This document shows, piece after piece, positions 24,901 to 37,446 of a stretch of 64,000 nt of DNA. A program made the position numbers and the translations under genes. Origin of the DNA: Laetmonice hystrix (taxonomy: Eukaryota); the NCBI GenBank assembly GCA_965235115.1, contig OZ249445.1, positions 5,580,001 to 5,644,000 of the forward strand, given 5' to 3'. The notes under the pieces are model-generated. The model was given only the letters and a program-made list of their open reading frames with translations, did not search any database and was not told the origin of the DNA. The number at the start of each line of letters is the position of its first letter. The stretch's first letter is position 1.

Positions 24901-27900
24901 GTCGCCCACGTCGTGGTGCTCCCGGTCATCAGACGTCATCAGTTAGCCAGAAGTTGCGGCCGTGACGGCTGGTTGCTGGCTGGCCCCAGGCCGCAGTGCC
25001 GGGGTGGGGGTGAAGTATAGTGGGGTGAGCGGGAGTGGGGCCCTCTAAACGTGCCCTGTCTGAGTGCTGACCGGATGTGGTCGAGCCGGGCTCCTTCTCA
25101 CCGGAACCGGTAGGAGCACGCACTCGGGTCACGTGACTCGGGAGTGTGGTTGTGCGAGGACATGGAGACCGCTGGGTCGTCCCTATTTCACAGTCGGATC
25201 ACGTGACAGTTGATTTGAAGGAGAGCTAGAAATAACAAACGATGACAAGTTATTGTGGGTCGCGACCCGGGGGAGAGCTTGACCAACAGTCTTTTTTAAC
25301 GAACCTTACACAAAGTTAGTTTGTATGTCAGAAAACCAAATACATGGGAACACGTTTCTATGAGAAGTCCTTGGTTAGACGCTGACTATCACGTGTCGAT
25401 TGGAGGTCATTGATCTCACGAGCACAAACTTTCTTATGTGATTCATACCTCCCAAATCACCAGGAGTTGGGTTACGAGACGTACTTGGTGATCATTTATA
25501 GCCCTGATGATCGCCGTCCTCAGGAGAGCGTGGAGGGGAGGGTAGAGGATAACATTGTCTTCATCTACCAGCTCACTCTACTCTCTGCCACCCGCCGTGG
25601 GCCCCATTCACCGGGCTGAGGACTTCATCAGACGGAGGGTTTACACCCACACGGACACCCATCCTCACACCCAACAACCCCCCCCCCCCCCCACACACAC
25701 ACACCCCACACCCACGCACAACACCCCCACACACGTGCGCGACAAGCTGACCAGCACGCGACGAATGTCGAGCGACATATCGAATATCGTCAATATTGGT
25801 TCTAACTTTAGAGGCGCCGATTACACAGTATTTTGCCCAGAATTTATTCAGAAAGGTCATGAACATTTTAACGAACACTGCAACGTTCGTATCAGGTTTC
25901 ATATTCTCCTTTAGTTATTGCTTTCTGGTGACCTGCCGCTCTCTCTTACAGGTTCTTTACATGAACGTGTGAGTGTCGCAATGCTGGCGAAGATTACTTC
26001 ACGTTTCATTTTGTTATCATGTTGAATCTGCTCGCATACGTAGACGTAATGTAATCTTGACAGCGGAGAACACGCTGTGGACCAACACCTGCAACTAGAC
26101 TGATTGTAATGGCGCTGGGTTACCGTCCAGGCAATGCTAGTATATTTAAAGAAGTTGAATTGTTTATACTGAGCGACTCGTTACCTTGTCTGCAAACACT
26201 CCGTCATTGTTTGACGGATCATGTTGTAATGGACACCGTCCAAATTATCAGGTCGGAGAGGGAAGTCGGTTCATCTCTGTCTCTGACCACAGGGGCGGAT
26301 CCAGGTTGGTACAGAAAAACCTTCCACCGAGAGTGGAAGCAACCTCCCTACCCCTCTGGATCCGCGCCTGCACTCAATGGCACCGATATTGCTTTTAGAA
26401 ACATGAACTTGGATCCAATAATCTAGGTGGTCGCTGTGGCAGGTGTCCACCGGTAAATGGGACGAATGTCTAACTATAAGGAGTCAGTCCCGCTGTGGAC
26501 TAACAACCTCAGATATACTGAAAAAAGGCTGCCGGAATCAAGTCGATTTTACACTGATGTCGTATTGGACATTGCACGTTTACGTACGAGTTTTTATACA
26601 CAAAACAGTCCAAGTGATTTTCCACAGTTTCTGTTGGCACAAAACATCTTTTCCCTTTTCCTTGATTCTGCTTATGTTTCGGTTGTTCCGCATCACACAG
26701 AAACACCTCCCCCCTGGAAGGTGGGTTGAAAGCTGTGAATATTGGTGCACCCACGCAGGTGGGTGCGCCTATATATGTGAATATTGGTGCACCCACGCAG
26801 GTGGGTGCGCCTATATGTGAATATTGGTTTTCACGATGGAAATTAGAAAGTGCCCCGGATATAGGCGCTATCCGGGTATAGGCGCATGCTCACTTATAGG
26901 CGCATGCGCCTAAAAGTGCGTCAATACTGTAGGTGTGTGTGTGAACCTGACTTTAAATAAATAACCATATTATCTTCTTTTACAGTTTGAGGAACGTTTA
27001 AATTCATTAGATCTATAGATACCATGTTTAGTTCTTCCAATCAAATTGAGATGTAACCACGGGGAGGAGGGTGTGCCCCTGAGAACACCCCCCCCCCCGG
27101 CCCCGACCACACTGGAAGGGTATTTCCGTAACATGGCCTCCCGACAGGGGGGGCTATACCTTGATGGTTGACGTCAGTCGAGCGGTCGCAGGGCTCAAGT
27201 CGCCAGATGGCCGTGACGTCATAAAATAAACGACAAAAAATACCAACTCGAACCCTAGACCTTACTTTATTTAGTTCCAACAGAATCTGATGTACATACA
27301 CCAGGTGGTGTTCGGTTGAGCTCATTATAGGTATTACAATGTCATCATTGTTATGGATGAGACATGTGCATCTATAATAATTGGTCAATGCATGTTTACG
27401 AAGAGTTGTCCCAGTATTTGGTTTCACTAGACTGCTGCTATAGGATACGTTTAGTATAACAGTCTAAGTGCACTGTACAGGGGTGTCGGAAGCTATCGAT
27501 AGTTGAGGGGACCTGAAGTCAGGAGCCGTCCATCTCTGCCCTATGCGTTGAAAGGGGCGGGTCTAGTATGGGGGTGGGGGCATGCACCCCTGACCCCCCT
27601 TTCCAACAGCCCTACTGTAGACTATATCTATCAATCATCGAGGAAATACAATCTTTCAATTATTGTTGCCGCGATGTGCAGGAATCGGCAGAATTATATT
27701 TTGTTGATACTAGCATTCGTGAAAAACAGATCCCCTCTTCTTTCAGCCTGTTTGAAAAGGTAAATGTTAACAAAAAAGTCAATGCTGGAGGTCTATTTCT
27801 GGATATATATATACTCGTCATGAGAGTTGTTTTTGAAAACGCGTCACATACTAGTAACAAATCATTTGAGATTCTGCCAGGCAGCAGCGTACGTGTATAC

Positions 27901-28412
27901 CATGGAGGCTGTCGGGGGCCTTTACTGGCGAGGTGGCAGTTTACTTAAAGTCCTCCCCGTATGCACTCGTTCAACACTGTCGCTGTAAAGATACCTTTTG
28001 AAAGACCTCTTTCCTTTTCTTTGCTTTAGTAAAGCGTATATCCCTGTCGTATTATGTAGCCGTATGGTAGTGACGAACGTAAATACCTTAATCCTCTACT
28101 TATCTGTCCTATTCCCGAAGTGGCCGAAAATTGTCTAAGTCTGAAAAGGTACTCCATTGGTCGGGGGTAACAACCGATAACAGAACAGCCCTATCAAAAA
28201 ACCAGGTTGTGTATCTCTCACATTTTGAATGGGACATGCTGAGCTGTTTGAAATTTGAAATTTTATGCGCTAGGGAATAGGACATGTAAGTGGGGGATTA
28301 AGGTAGTTGGTATTCTCACTGTACCACCCGTGTGCTGGGTTGTGTGACTTGACATTGTGGTCACATACCAATGTATTCACGTCCGTACGCAGGCGGTAAC
28401 GGAGCATTCACC

Positions 28413-28772
28413 CATGGTAACTTCCCCACAAAATTTTTGGGCAGGGGTTCGGGTTGAGGTCAGGGATAGGGATAGGGATATAGGATAGGGATATGTTTTG
28501 TGAGATGTGGAGACCGGGGTTAGGGGTTAGGGATAAGGTCAGGGCTATGGATGTACCCGGTGAAACTGTTTACGAATGACCAGCGCTCGGTCTGCCATGG
28601 TAACTTCCAGAAACTCTGGGAGGAGGAAGTATTTAAATATTTATATTATCTCACCATTCCAGCCCTAAACTTAATGCTAACGCCTACCGCCAGTCCCCAG
28701 ACCCCCTCTCAAACTTAGCCCTACCCCTTACCCTAACCCCTACACCCTCAGTATCGTGGCAATGTTACCATG
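28413..28772. repeat. Degenerate inverted-repeat element with telomere-like interior
   Basis: CATGGTAAC (28413) ... GTTACCATG (28772); left half rich in GGG(T/A)TA-like units, right half in CCCT(A)A-like units. Confidence 0.45.
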
Positions 28773-28785
28773 CATGGTTATAGAT

Positions 28786-29393
28786 GTGATCCACTTGCGT
28801 TGCGATGGCTTCCGCGCGTCTACGACTTTTTCTCTCTCGGAAGCTTCGGAAGTAGATAAAAGTGTTTGTAAGGCCGCGTTAGGAATCGTAGGCTTGCGTA
28901 ACCCGCGTAAGCACTCGTGAGAAAATCGAAAAGAATAATCCACTTGTAGGGTCTTAAGAGCTCTTCCGATTGTCAGAGGACATCAAAATGGAGCCCGAGG
29001 AGGTCGCACTAACTGCCCTCACCTTCGCCTTTTTGGCCGAAGGTGAGGAACAAGAAATAGAAGTTTTTGGGTTCGCTTTAGACCAGCCGTGCTCTTCCGC
29101 GTGCTTACGAACTCTTTATGCATCTCCCGATATCTTACGCGAGGCCACGCAAACTATTCACTCTTCCGATAATATATCCAACATTTTTGATCTGCTCGTA
29201 AGGAGGTCCCGAGAGCGCTCTGGCACCCGTAAGACGTCTGAAGCCCTCGGAACACCCGTGAACTCTCGTAATGCGTGATTCACTTAAAATGCTTGCGTGT
29301 ATTTCCGATTTGGAATTTTTTCCTCGGAAGAACTCGTAAGACCGCGTAGAGTGTAAGGGGTGAATCGGAAGCACCGCAACGCAAGTGGATCAC
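28786..29393. mobile_element. Non-autonomous TIR element, 608 bp, with remnant ORF start
   Basis: 19-bp perfect TIR GTGATCCACTTGCGTTGCG / CGCAACGCAAGTGGATCAC; many internal CGTAAG/CTTACG/CGGAAG motifs; ATG at 28988 (MEPEEVALTALTFAFLAEGEEQE). No clear TSD; superfamily uncertain. Confidence 0.65.
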
Positions 29394-29663
29394 GCCCATT
29401 ACCCTACAGCCAGCACTGTGACAGATTTGCGGATAGCATTTCAAATTCTTTGTGAAAAAGATCTGTAAAGGAAAAGACATCAATCGACGTTCTTTGGTCT
29501 CATATTGCATGTCCTACAAGTGTTGAGATACATAGCCAGGTATAGTCGTTGTCATCCTTTGCTCCTACACATGCGGGGTATGAGAGGAACAAAGAATTGA
29601 TTTTTAGGGGGCTATGGTTTATTACTACACATAAAGGAGGGGCATCACTTTGTGGTAGACGTA

Positions 29664-30020
29664 CACTCATTGGCCAAAAGTATTGCAACGTGCTAAAAAT
29701 CGCACTGAACAGTAACAGGAGAGAGGTCCTTAGTTCATTCCGATGTCATCGACCGTGTAAACTCCAACACTTGCTTATGCTCTCCATAAAGAGAAAGGGT
29801 CACCAGATCAGACAACAAAATGGTTTTGATGTTGCTACTACCATGTCGAAGGTAGGAGAAGTGACAAATGCTGAACGTTATGTACTCATGTCCCTGAGAG
29901 AGGAAGGTGTTTCGGTGCAGGACATTGCCAGACGTCTGCTGCCGTCAAACGGTGTACAGAGTATGGAAGAGGTACCAACAAACTGGTGACCATGAACGAT
30001 TAAACAGAAGTGGCATCTCC
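29664..30020 (+). mobile_element. 5' remnant of a Tc1/mariner transposon with frameshifted transposase N-terminus
   Basis: TA followed by Tc1-like end CACTCATTGGCCAAAAGTATTGCAAC; ATG 29843 gives MSKVGEVTNAERYVLMSLREEGVSVQDIARRL, then after a frameshift CRQTVYRVWKRYQQTGDHERLNRSG, matching the Tc1 paired-like HTH. No DDE domain or right TIR. Confidence 0.8.
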
Positions 30021-31324
30021 GGCGGATTGTCAGATTGTTATGACCGATTGGCAATTCGTGTCTTTACTGTCGTTATTACGACTTTTTAAAAAGTTTTTTT
30101 TTTTTGGTATAGGATTTGGTGTATAGTTTGTGTCTCTCTTGAGATCATGCTTCCAGTGTATGAGAATAACGGGTGGAGATTTGTGTGTGGGTGGGTGGGG
30201 GGGGGGGGGCTCTGTAGGTGTGAGCAAGTGCCCACTGCCTGGGGACGTGGGACTTTAAGGTGGGGTATTCAGGGGTGGAGAATGAAATACTAGAAATAAA
30301 GTGCACGAATCTCTGGCCGGAAGCAGGTGGTACCGAACAGATGGCCGTGAGATGGGGTAGTTCACCATTAGCGCCCGGCGGGGCACGGTACCGTCTGAAA
30401 GCCTTTCTCTGGGATCTTGGAGCGGATGGAATTTGTAACGGGCATATGGACGGGAGATAATTCTTGTCATTGTTGGCCAGCTGGTGGTCGACAAGCGGCC
30501 ATTTCCTGTGGCGGGAAACAATTGGCGACTTTTGTTACTCGCAGCGCCACATCGGTTCCGGTAGATGAAGGTGGTTAATGTTTCAGGGGCGGCGGTAGAT
30601 GTCAAAGGTAGTACAGCTCGGTATCATACCTGGACTGTAGAGGTCAGTCTCCGGGTCGGACCACTCGACGGCAGCCAAACACTAATGGATCCATGCCGTG
30701 GTTTAAGAACAATGTCTACAGAGACATCTGCCTTGTCAACAATGCAGACAATTCTCACCTGGCCGAGTCAGCCATTTTAAGAACGGGAGTGGATGGGAAC
30801 CCCGCAAACTCCGAACAATTCTACACTTTATATACATAGATTATCAAAGTTATCGTTTTATAGTGTGCAGATTTACATCGATTATAGAAATACGACGTCC
30901 AAAATAGATAAATGTGTAGCCAGAAATTAATAGACATTTTTCCTCTCTGAAAGTGGGTTTAGAACATGTAAAAGTAACGGTATAACTGCAAGTCCCTCCC
31001 CTTATCCACCCCCTCCACCTTCACGTCCCATTCCACTGCCAAAGACACGTTGAGACGACTGTCAGTCCGAGCTTGGCCAGGACTCGGCCGCCTCGGGTTC
31101 TTCCAGCCGCCATCGGTAACTGTCGTCTCGAATTATAGAGGTCGGGCGTTATAAATGTACATGGGTCTGGAGAAACGGCCGGACCAATATAAATACCTAC
31201 AGTATGGGGTTTCCTCACGTCAGCCCAGGATGGTGACACAGCACAACCAACAACTTTATCATCCACACTACAGTCTATACAACCCAACCCCGACCCATCC
31301 CTACACTGGTCATCCAACACCGAC

Positions 31325-32516
31325 CTCCCAACCCTGACCACCCAACCCTGGCCACCCAACCCTGACTACCCAACCCTCTCCACCCAACCTTCAACCATCC
31401 AACCCTGACCATCCAACCCTTACCACCCAACCCTTACCACCCAACCCTCACCACCCAACCCTCACCACCCAACCTTCACCATCCAACCCTCACCATCCAA
31501 CCCTCACCATCCAACCCTCACCAGCCAACCCTCACTATCCAACCCTCACTATCCAACCCTCACCACCCAACCCCCACTATCCAACCTTCACCACCCAACC
31601 CTCACCAACCAACCCTGACCACCCAACCCTGACTACCCAACCCTCACCACCCAACCTTCAACCATCCAACCCTGACCATCCAACCCTTACCACCCAACCC
31701 TCACCACCCAACCCTGACTACCCAACCCTCACCACCCAACCTTCAACCATCCAACCCTCACCATCCAACACTTACCACCCAACCCTCACCACCCAACCCT
31801 GACTACCCAACCCTCACCACCCAACCTTCACCATCCAACCCTCACCATCCAACCCTCACCACCCAACCCTCACCACCCAACCTTCACCATCCAACCCTCA
31901 CCATCCAACCCTCACCAGCCAACCCTCACCACCCAACCTTCACCATCTAACCCTCACCATCCAACCCTCACCAGCCAACCCTCACTATCCAACCCTCACT
32001 ATCCAACCCTCACCACCCAACCCTCACCAACCAACCCTTACCACCCAACCCTTACTATCCAACCCTCACTATCCAACCCTCACCACCCAACCTTTACCAT
32101 CCAACCCTCACCATCCAACCCTCACAGCCCAACCCTCACCACCCAACCCTCACTATCCAACCCTCACCACCCAACCCTTACTATCCAACCCTCACCATCC
32201 AACCCTCACTATCCAACCCTCACCACCCAACCCTTACTATCCAACCCTCACCATCCAACCCTCACCAGCCAACCCTTACCACCCAACCCTTACTATCCAA
32301 CCCTCACTATCCAACCCTCACCACCCAACCCTCACTATCCAACCCTCACCACCCAACCTTTACCATCCAACCCTCACCATCCAACCCTCACAGCCCAACC
32401 CTCACTATCCAACCCTCACTATCAAACCTTCACCACCCAATCCCCACTATCCAACCTTCACCACCCAACCCTCACCAACCAACCCTTACCACCCAACCTT
32501 CATCGTCCAACCCTGA
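31325..32516. repeat. 14-bp minisatellite (CCAACCCTCACCAC and variants), ~85 copies
   Basis: Directly visible 14-nt periodicity over ~1.2 kb; bracketed by a 44-bp direct repeat. Confidence 0.92.
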
Positions 32517-32916
32517 CCCATCCCTATATTGGTCATCCAACACCGACCTCCCAACCCTCACCACCCCCTGACCAGCCCCCACATGTATCTGGCGTACCCC
32601 CACCCCCCACCGACCCGCACCAACCACCCGGTACTGTGTAATGTGGTCCCCATTGCACCGCCTACCCTCGGTCTGTCTCCCGACACGGTCCCCGGTCTAG
32701 CCCGCTGGGACTGTGTCCACATAACCGGACCTGCCAGGGCACGGTCGCTGTGGCCATGTGGTCGCGCCAAGCCTCCCATGTCGCTGTCCGGCGGGGGCGG
32801 TGTGTCTTCACTCAGCCTTTCAAAGCGACCTTTAAATATTGCCTGTGCACGTATGTGTGTTATTCAATTTTGAAAGATCTTGTAGAATGGTAAAAACAGC
32901 GAAGCTGCGGGGATCT

Positions 32917-33409
32917 TTATAGTGTGACTCGGACGATGCCACTGCCGAGTACGTACAGCGAGTACGTACAGCGAGTCAGTTGTGAGGTGTTTATAGCGTG
33001 ACTCGGGCGGTGTCACTGCCGAGTACGTACAGCGAGTCAATGGTGAGGTGTTTATAGCGTGACTCGGGCGGTGTCACTGTCGAGTACGTACAGCGAGCCG
33101 ATGGTGAGGTGTTTATAGCGTGACTCGGGCGGTGTCACTGCCGCGGACGTACAGCGAGCCGATGGTGAGGTGTTTATAGCGTAACTCGGGCGGTGTCACT
33201 GCCGACTACGTACAGCGAGTCAATGGTGTTTATAGCGTGACTCGGGCGGTGCCACTGCTGAGTACGTACAGCGAGCGGATGGTGAGGTGTTTATAGCGTG
33301 ACTCGGGCGGTGTCACTGCTGAGTACGTACAGCGAGTCGATGGTGAGGTGTTTATAGCGTGACTCGGGCAGTCACTGCCGACTACGTACAGCGAGCCGAT
33401 GGTGAGGTG
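32917..33409. repeat. 61-bp minisatellite, 8 copies
   Basis: TTTATAGCGT starts at 32990, 33051, 33112, 33173, 33229, 33290, 33351 (61-nt period, one 56). Confidence 0.92.
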
Positions 33410-33742
33410 GTTCACAGAGCAGATGGCCCCTCATATCGTCCCCGGCGGGTCACGGATGGGCCAGGCATGGGAAACCATGAATTTAAGTACCGGTCTATAA
33501 CTACGGGGACACCGAGGTCATTAATAACGCTACACAACATGATAATCCATGGTTTACGGGAACTTTCCTACCCTCCGTCGTCATCAGCCAGATATTGCCT
33601 TATCTCTTCCCGCTAGATTGAAGGCATGAAAGTTATCCCGGTGGGGTTGGACCATTATCATGTCGGCCAACATGTAATCAAATACTAAATAGCCCGATCA
33701 TGTGGGCCATTCTCGTATACTACTCACAGTAAGTAGTACATG

Positions 33743-34151
33743 TAGACCCAGTCAAATTCCGTGATCCTTGCCAGGAAATTCCGTTTTGAACTTTTAAAAT
33801 TCCGTTTTTTTTCCGTTTTAGTATTTTCTCAGTATACAGGGTGTCCCAAAAAATGCACAACCGTATCTGCACACCTGTCACATTTGCGAGTCCAGTCTGT
33901 TTGCTCTAAGAAGAGCTCAAGCATATTCATGACCCTCCCACCCCACTCCTCTAGCGGGTCCAGCCAGGCCAACTCAGGTCCTAGCTACGCTGTATACGGT
34001 CGGCTGGGGAATTACCAGTAGTAAAAAAGACGTTTTCCGTTATTTTCCGTTTTACACTGGAAATTCCGTTTCAGATAGTAAATTCCGTTTCAAATAGTAA
34101 ATTCCGCGATTCCGTCCGCGATTCCGCGATCGCGGAAATTGACTGGCTCTA
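33743..34151. mobile_element. Non-autonomous hAT-like element, 409 bp
   Basis: 24-bp TIR TAGA(C/G)CCAGTCAA(A/T)TTCCG(T/C)GATC with 3 mismatches; direct repeat TACATG (33737-33742, 34152-34157); subterminal AAATTCCG repeats. Confidence 0.75.
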
Positions 34152-35345
34152 TACATGGAAATGGGGATATTAGTCAGGCCATACGCCAACACTGTTATGG
34201 CAACCATTTGTTGAGAACATCGCGTTCCGTAGCTAGGGACGCACCTAGATAACCCCGACAGCACTGTACAGCCCCACCCCACCCACCCACACAACCACCC
34301 CACCCATACATACACACCCCATCCCACCCACACATACACAGCACCGCGGCGAGTTGGCATGGACGTTGATGTCTTATGCTATGGTAAATGGTGGAGTAAT
34401 CGTAGAGCCGGGGTTCGGATGCAGCAGGGTGTTATACTGGATGACGCCGGATACCCGTGTGCAGTGGACAGAGAGAAATAGAGAGAGAGACAGAGAGACA
34501 GAGAGAGACAGGGAGTGATAGAGAGATAGAGATAGAGAGAGACAGAGTGAGAGCACGTGCATATTGAATATTCACCAATATTTTCTTTACACTTCTTTTG
34601 TAGAAACCATTTGAGATATTGCAAACATATCATACCTAAGTATACCTATACCTGGCAGTGATACAGGCCAATTGATCCGAGTGATTACAGTAGGGTCATG
34701 TTATTGAGACTAGGGAGAGTCTCAGCATTACCTCTCAGTGATTCTCACTTTCGTCATTACGCTAAGAGCATAACGGTGGATGATGCGCGATTATTTTTCG
34801 GGAGATGGTTACAATAGGCGGTGTTGATCTGTTGAGAGACCCACATCAGCTCAATCACATTCGTCTTACACATTCGTCTGCACCGTTTCATGCATATTCA
34901 TGAATTGGTGTTTATATTTATTGGTGTTTATCTTAATTACCTATTGGGGGTGTTTAACGGGAAGCAGTGTGCGTCCAGGTGCAATCGACACGGAAAATTA
35001 CAGCAATCTCATTCAATTAGCGGAGGCTGCGCTCAACGGGATTGTCCCCGGGACGGGTTGAACCCGGGGATTTGTGGGCTCGGAGGGACGGTGTTAATCT
35101 TATCGTCAACAAACCACGGCTCAAGGTCAGACTACTGACCTTGACCTCTGTGAAAGACATGACGTCAGGTGACCTTCATCTTTAAACGTTATGGCATGAT
35201 TCCAGAGGATGGGGGCGGTGTTAACTATTCCATTGTCACACCGATATGGAACAGGACACCAACATGACGTGTCTGGTCACATTACCGTAATGTTCACTGT
35301 ATCACCGTCTAGCACGTCACTGATAAATAGAATGTGTCTTCCCTG

Positions 35346-36128
35346 TTGTAGGCCAGGTGTGCGGTCACACGCCGACTGTTGTAGGCCAGGTGTGCGGTGA
35401 CACGCCGACTGTTGTGGGCCAGGTGTGCGGTCACACGCCGACTGTTGTAGGCCAGGTGTGCATGCGGTGACACGCCGACTGTTGTAGGCCAGGTGTGCAT
35501 GTGGTCACACGCCGACTGTTGTAGGCCAGGTGTGCATGCGGTCACACGCCGACTGTTGTAGGCCAGGTGTGCATGCGGTCACACGCCGACTGTTGTAGGC
35601 CAGGTGTGCGGTGACACGCCGACTGTTGTAGGCCAGGTGTGCAGTCACACGCCGACTGTTGTAGGCCAGGTGTGCGGTCACACGCCGACTGTTGTAGGCC
35701 AGGTGTGCATGCGGTGACACGCCGACTGTTGTAGGCCAGGTGTGCGGTCACACGCCGACTGTTGTAGGCCAGGTGTGCATGCGGTGACACGCCGACTGTT
35801 GTAGGCCAGGTGTGCAGTCACACGCCGACTGTTGTAGGCCAGGTGTGCGGTCACACGCCGACTGTTGTAGGCCAGGTGTGCATGCGGTGACACGCCGACT
35901 GTTGTAGGCCAGGTGTGCGGTCACACGCCGACTGTTGTAGGCCAGGTGTGCGGTCACACGCCGACTGTTGTAGGCCAGGTGTGCGGTCACACGCCGACTG
36001 TTGTAGGCCAGGTGTGCGGTCACACGCCGACTGTTGTAGGCCAGGTGTGCGGTGACACGCCGACTGTTGTGGGCCAGGTGTGCAGTCACACGCCGACTGT
36101 TGTAGGCCAGGTGTGCCGACACGCCGAC
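35346..36128. repeat. 33/37-bp minisatellite, ~22 copies
   Basis: Unit CACGCCGACTGTTGTAGGCCAGGTGTG(CATG)CGGTCA; explains all ORFs 35209-36350. Confidence 0.93.
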
Positions 36129-37440
36129 TTTTGTAGTCAACCCGTCTACATGTCTCGCTTAGCAAGACTTCTACTTCTTCATCTTCTTCGTGATCTACGT
36201 CATCATCGTCGGCATAATCTCCTTCTTCTATTCCCCTTTCTTCTATTTATACGTATGTATGTATGTATGTATGTATGTATGTATGTATGCATCCATTGTG
36301 TCGTACGTGTGCTACGTTTGTATAGAGTGGCCCTACTCAGTGCGTGTTAGTAAATACACGTACACATGTATTAACTTTGTATTAAAGAGGAATTTCGGGA
36401 TAAAGTAAAAAAAACAATTTCTTTTGCTGTTCTTGTTAAGTGGTCTTTCATTGAAATTGATTGATAAACAAAGGACACAAGATTATCGCCAGAAATAAGC
36501 ATTTCTGAACAAGCCCCATTAGACTCAGAATCGTACTTTCTTGTCGTCATCACGTCATAGGCATGTTGTTCTGACCGTGTGTTTTCTATTTAATATGCTG
36601 GTGTGCAGTCGTCTGTTACCCCATTTGTCAAGGTAAACATTTATATTTAGGGTCGCTTTACAATTGTCGGATAGGAGAAAAGCCAATCTGTGTTCCGTGA
36701 AGTATAAAGTTCGTGTGGGTCCCGTTTTTATCATGGACCGTCTCTGTTTGTTGGATGATCTGACTCACCCACATGATTCGCAATCAATTCCAGTCAGATG
36801 GCTCAATCCAGGGGCGGATCCAAGATTATGGAAATGGGAGGGGGAGAAGGAGGGGTGTTAGATCATGAATGGAGGGGTGGGCATACCTTCTAAGGTACGC
36901 TGCGATTTGGGGGACATTTCTCTCAAATTCAGCACGTCATCTGGGGGTCGTGGCCGGGGATAAACGATCCACCAAAGCAATCCGTAAGGATAACCTCGAT
37001 TTTAACAATGCCAACTTGAACCAGGACGACGGTTAGCGCAGTAACGGACGCCATGCGGCAAGGCTGGCTTACTTTATTCACTGTTTGAAAGGGCATCCCG
37101 AGAGACTGTACAATTCTACTATCAGTCTTCCTCAAAAACTCACTACTGTGAAATAGTGGTTGTCAGCCTGTCTACTGATCTGTAGCCATGATTCGTTTTG
37201 ACGGTTTTCCCGGGAGGGGAATGATTTAAACTAGGAGTGTTAGTCCAGGGACCTCAACCTCCGGGTTATACGGTAGATCGGAATGCTGGCTATAGCCATG
37301 ACTTGTCAGACTGCCCCCTCCAGGGTCCACGAGTCATGACCGTAGTAGTGGGCTGTAGTTAGGGAATGGCGTCGGGGTAGTTGACTGGGGGCGGAGGGCA
37401 AACACCAAAAGACAAGGTGATCGCATTTAAGTAAAAGAAC

Positions 37441-37446
37441 TTTATT
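37441..37446 (-). terminator. Probable polyadenylation signal of the secreted-peptide gene
   Basis: AATAAA on the minus strand ~575 nt after the stop at 38021. Confidence 0.5.

Noticed and set aside
32917-36128. 61-bp and 33/37-bp arrays as CRISPR arrays
   Set aside because: No unique spacers, no cas genes, eukaryotic context.
35209-36350. Many overlapping 63-145 aa ORFs with repeated peptides
   Set aside because: Translations of a minisatellite in several frames on both strands; same for ORFs at 8983-9490, 18591-19088 and 24320-24946.
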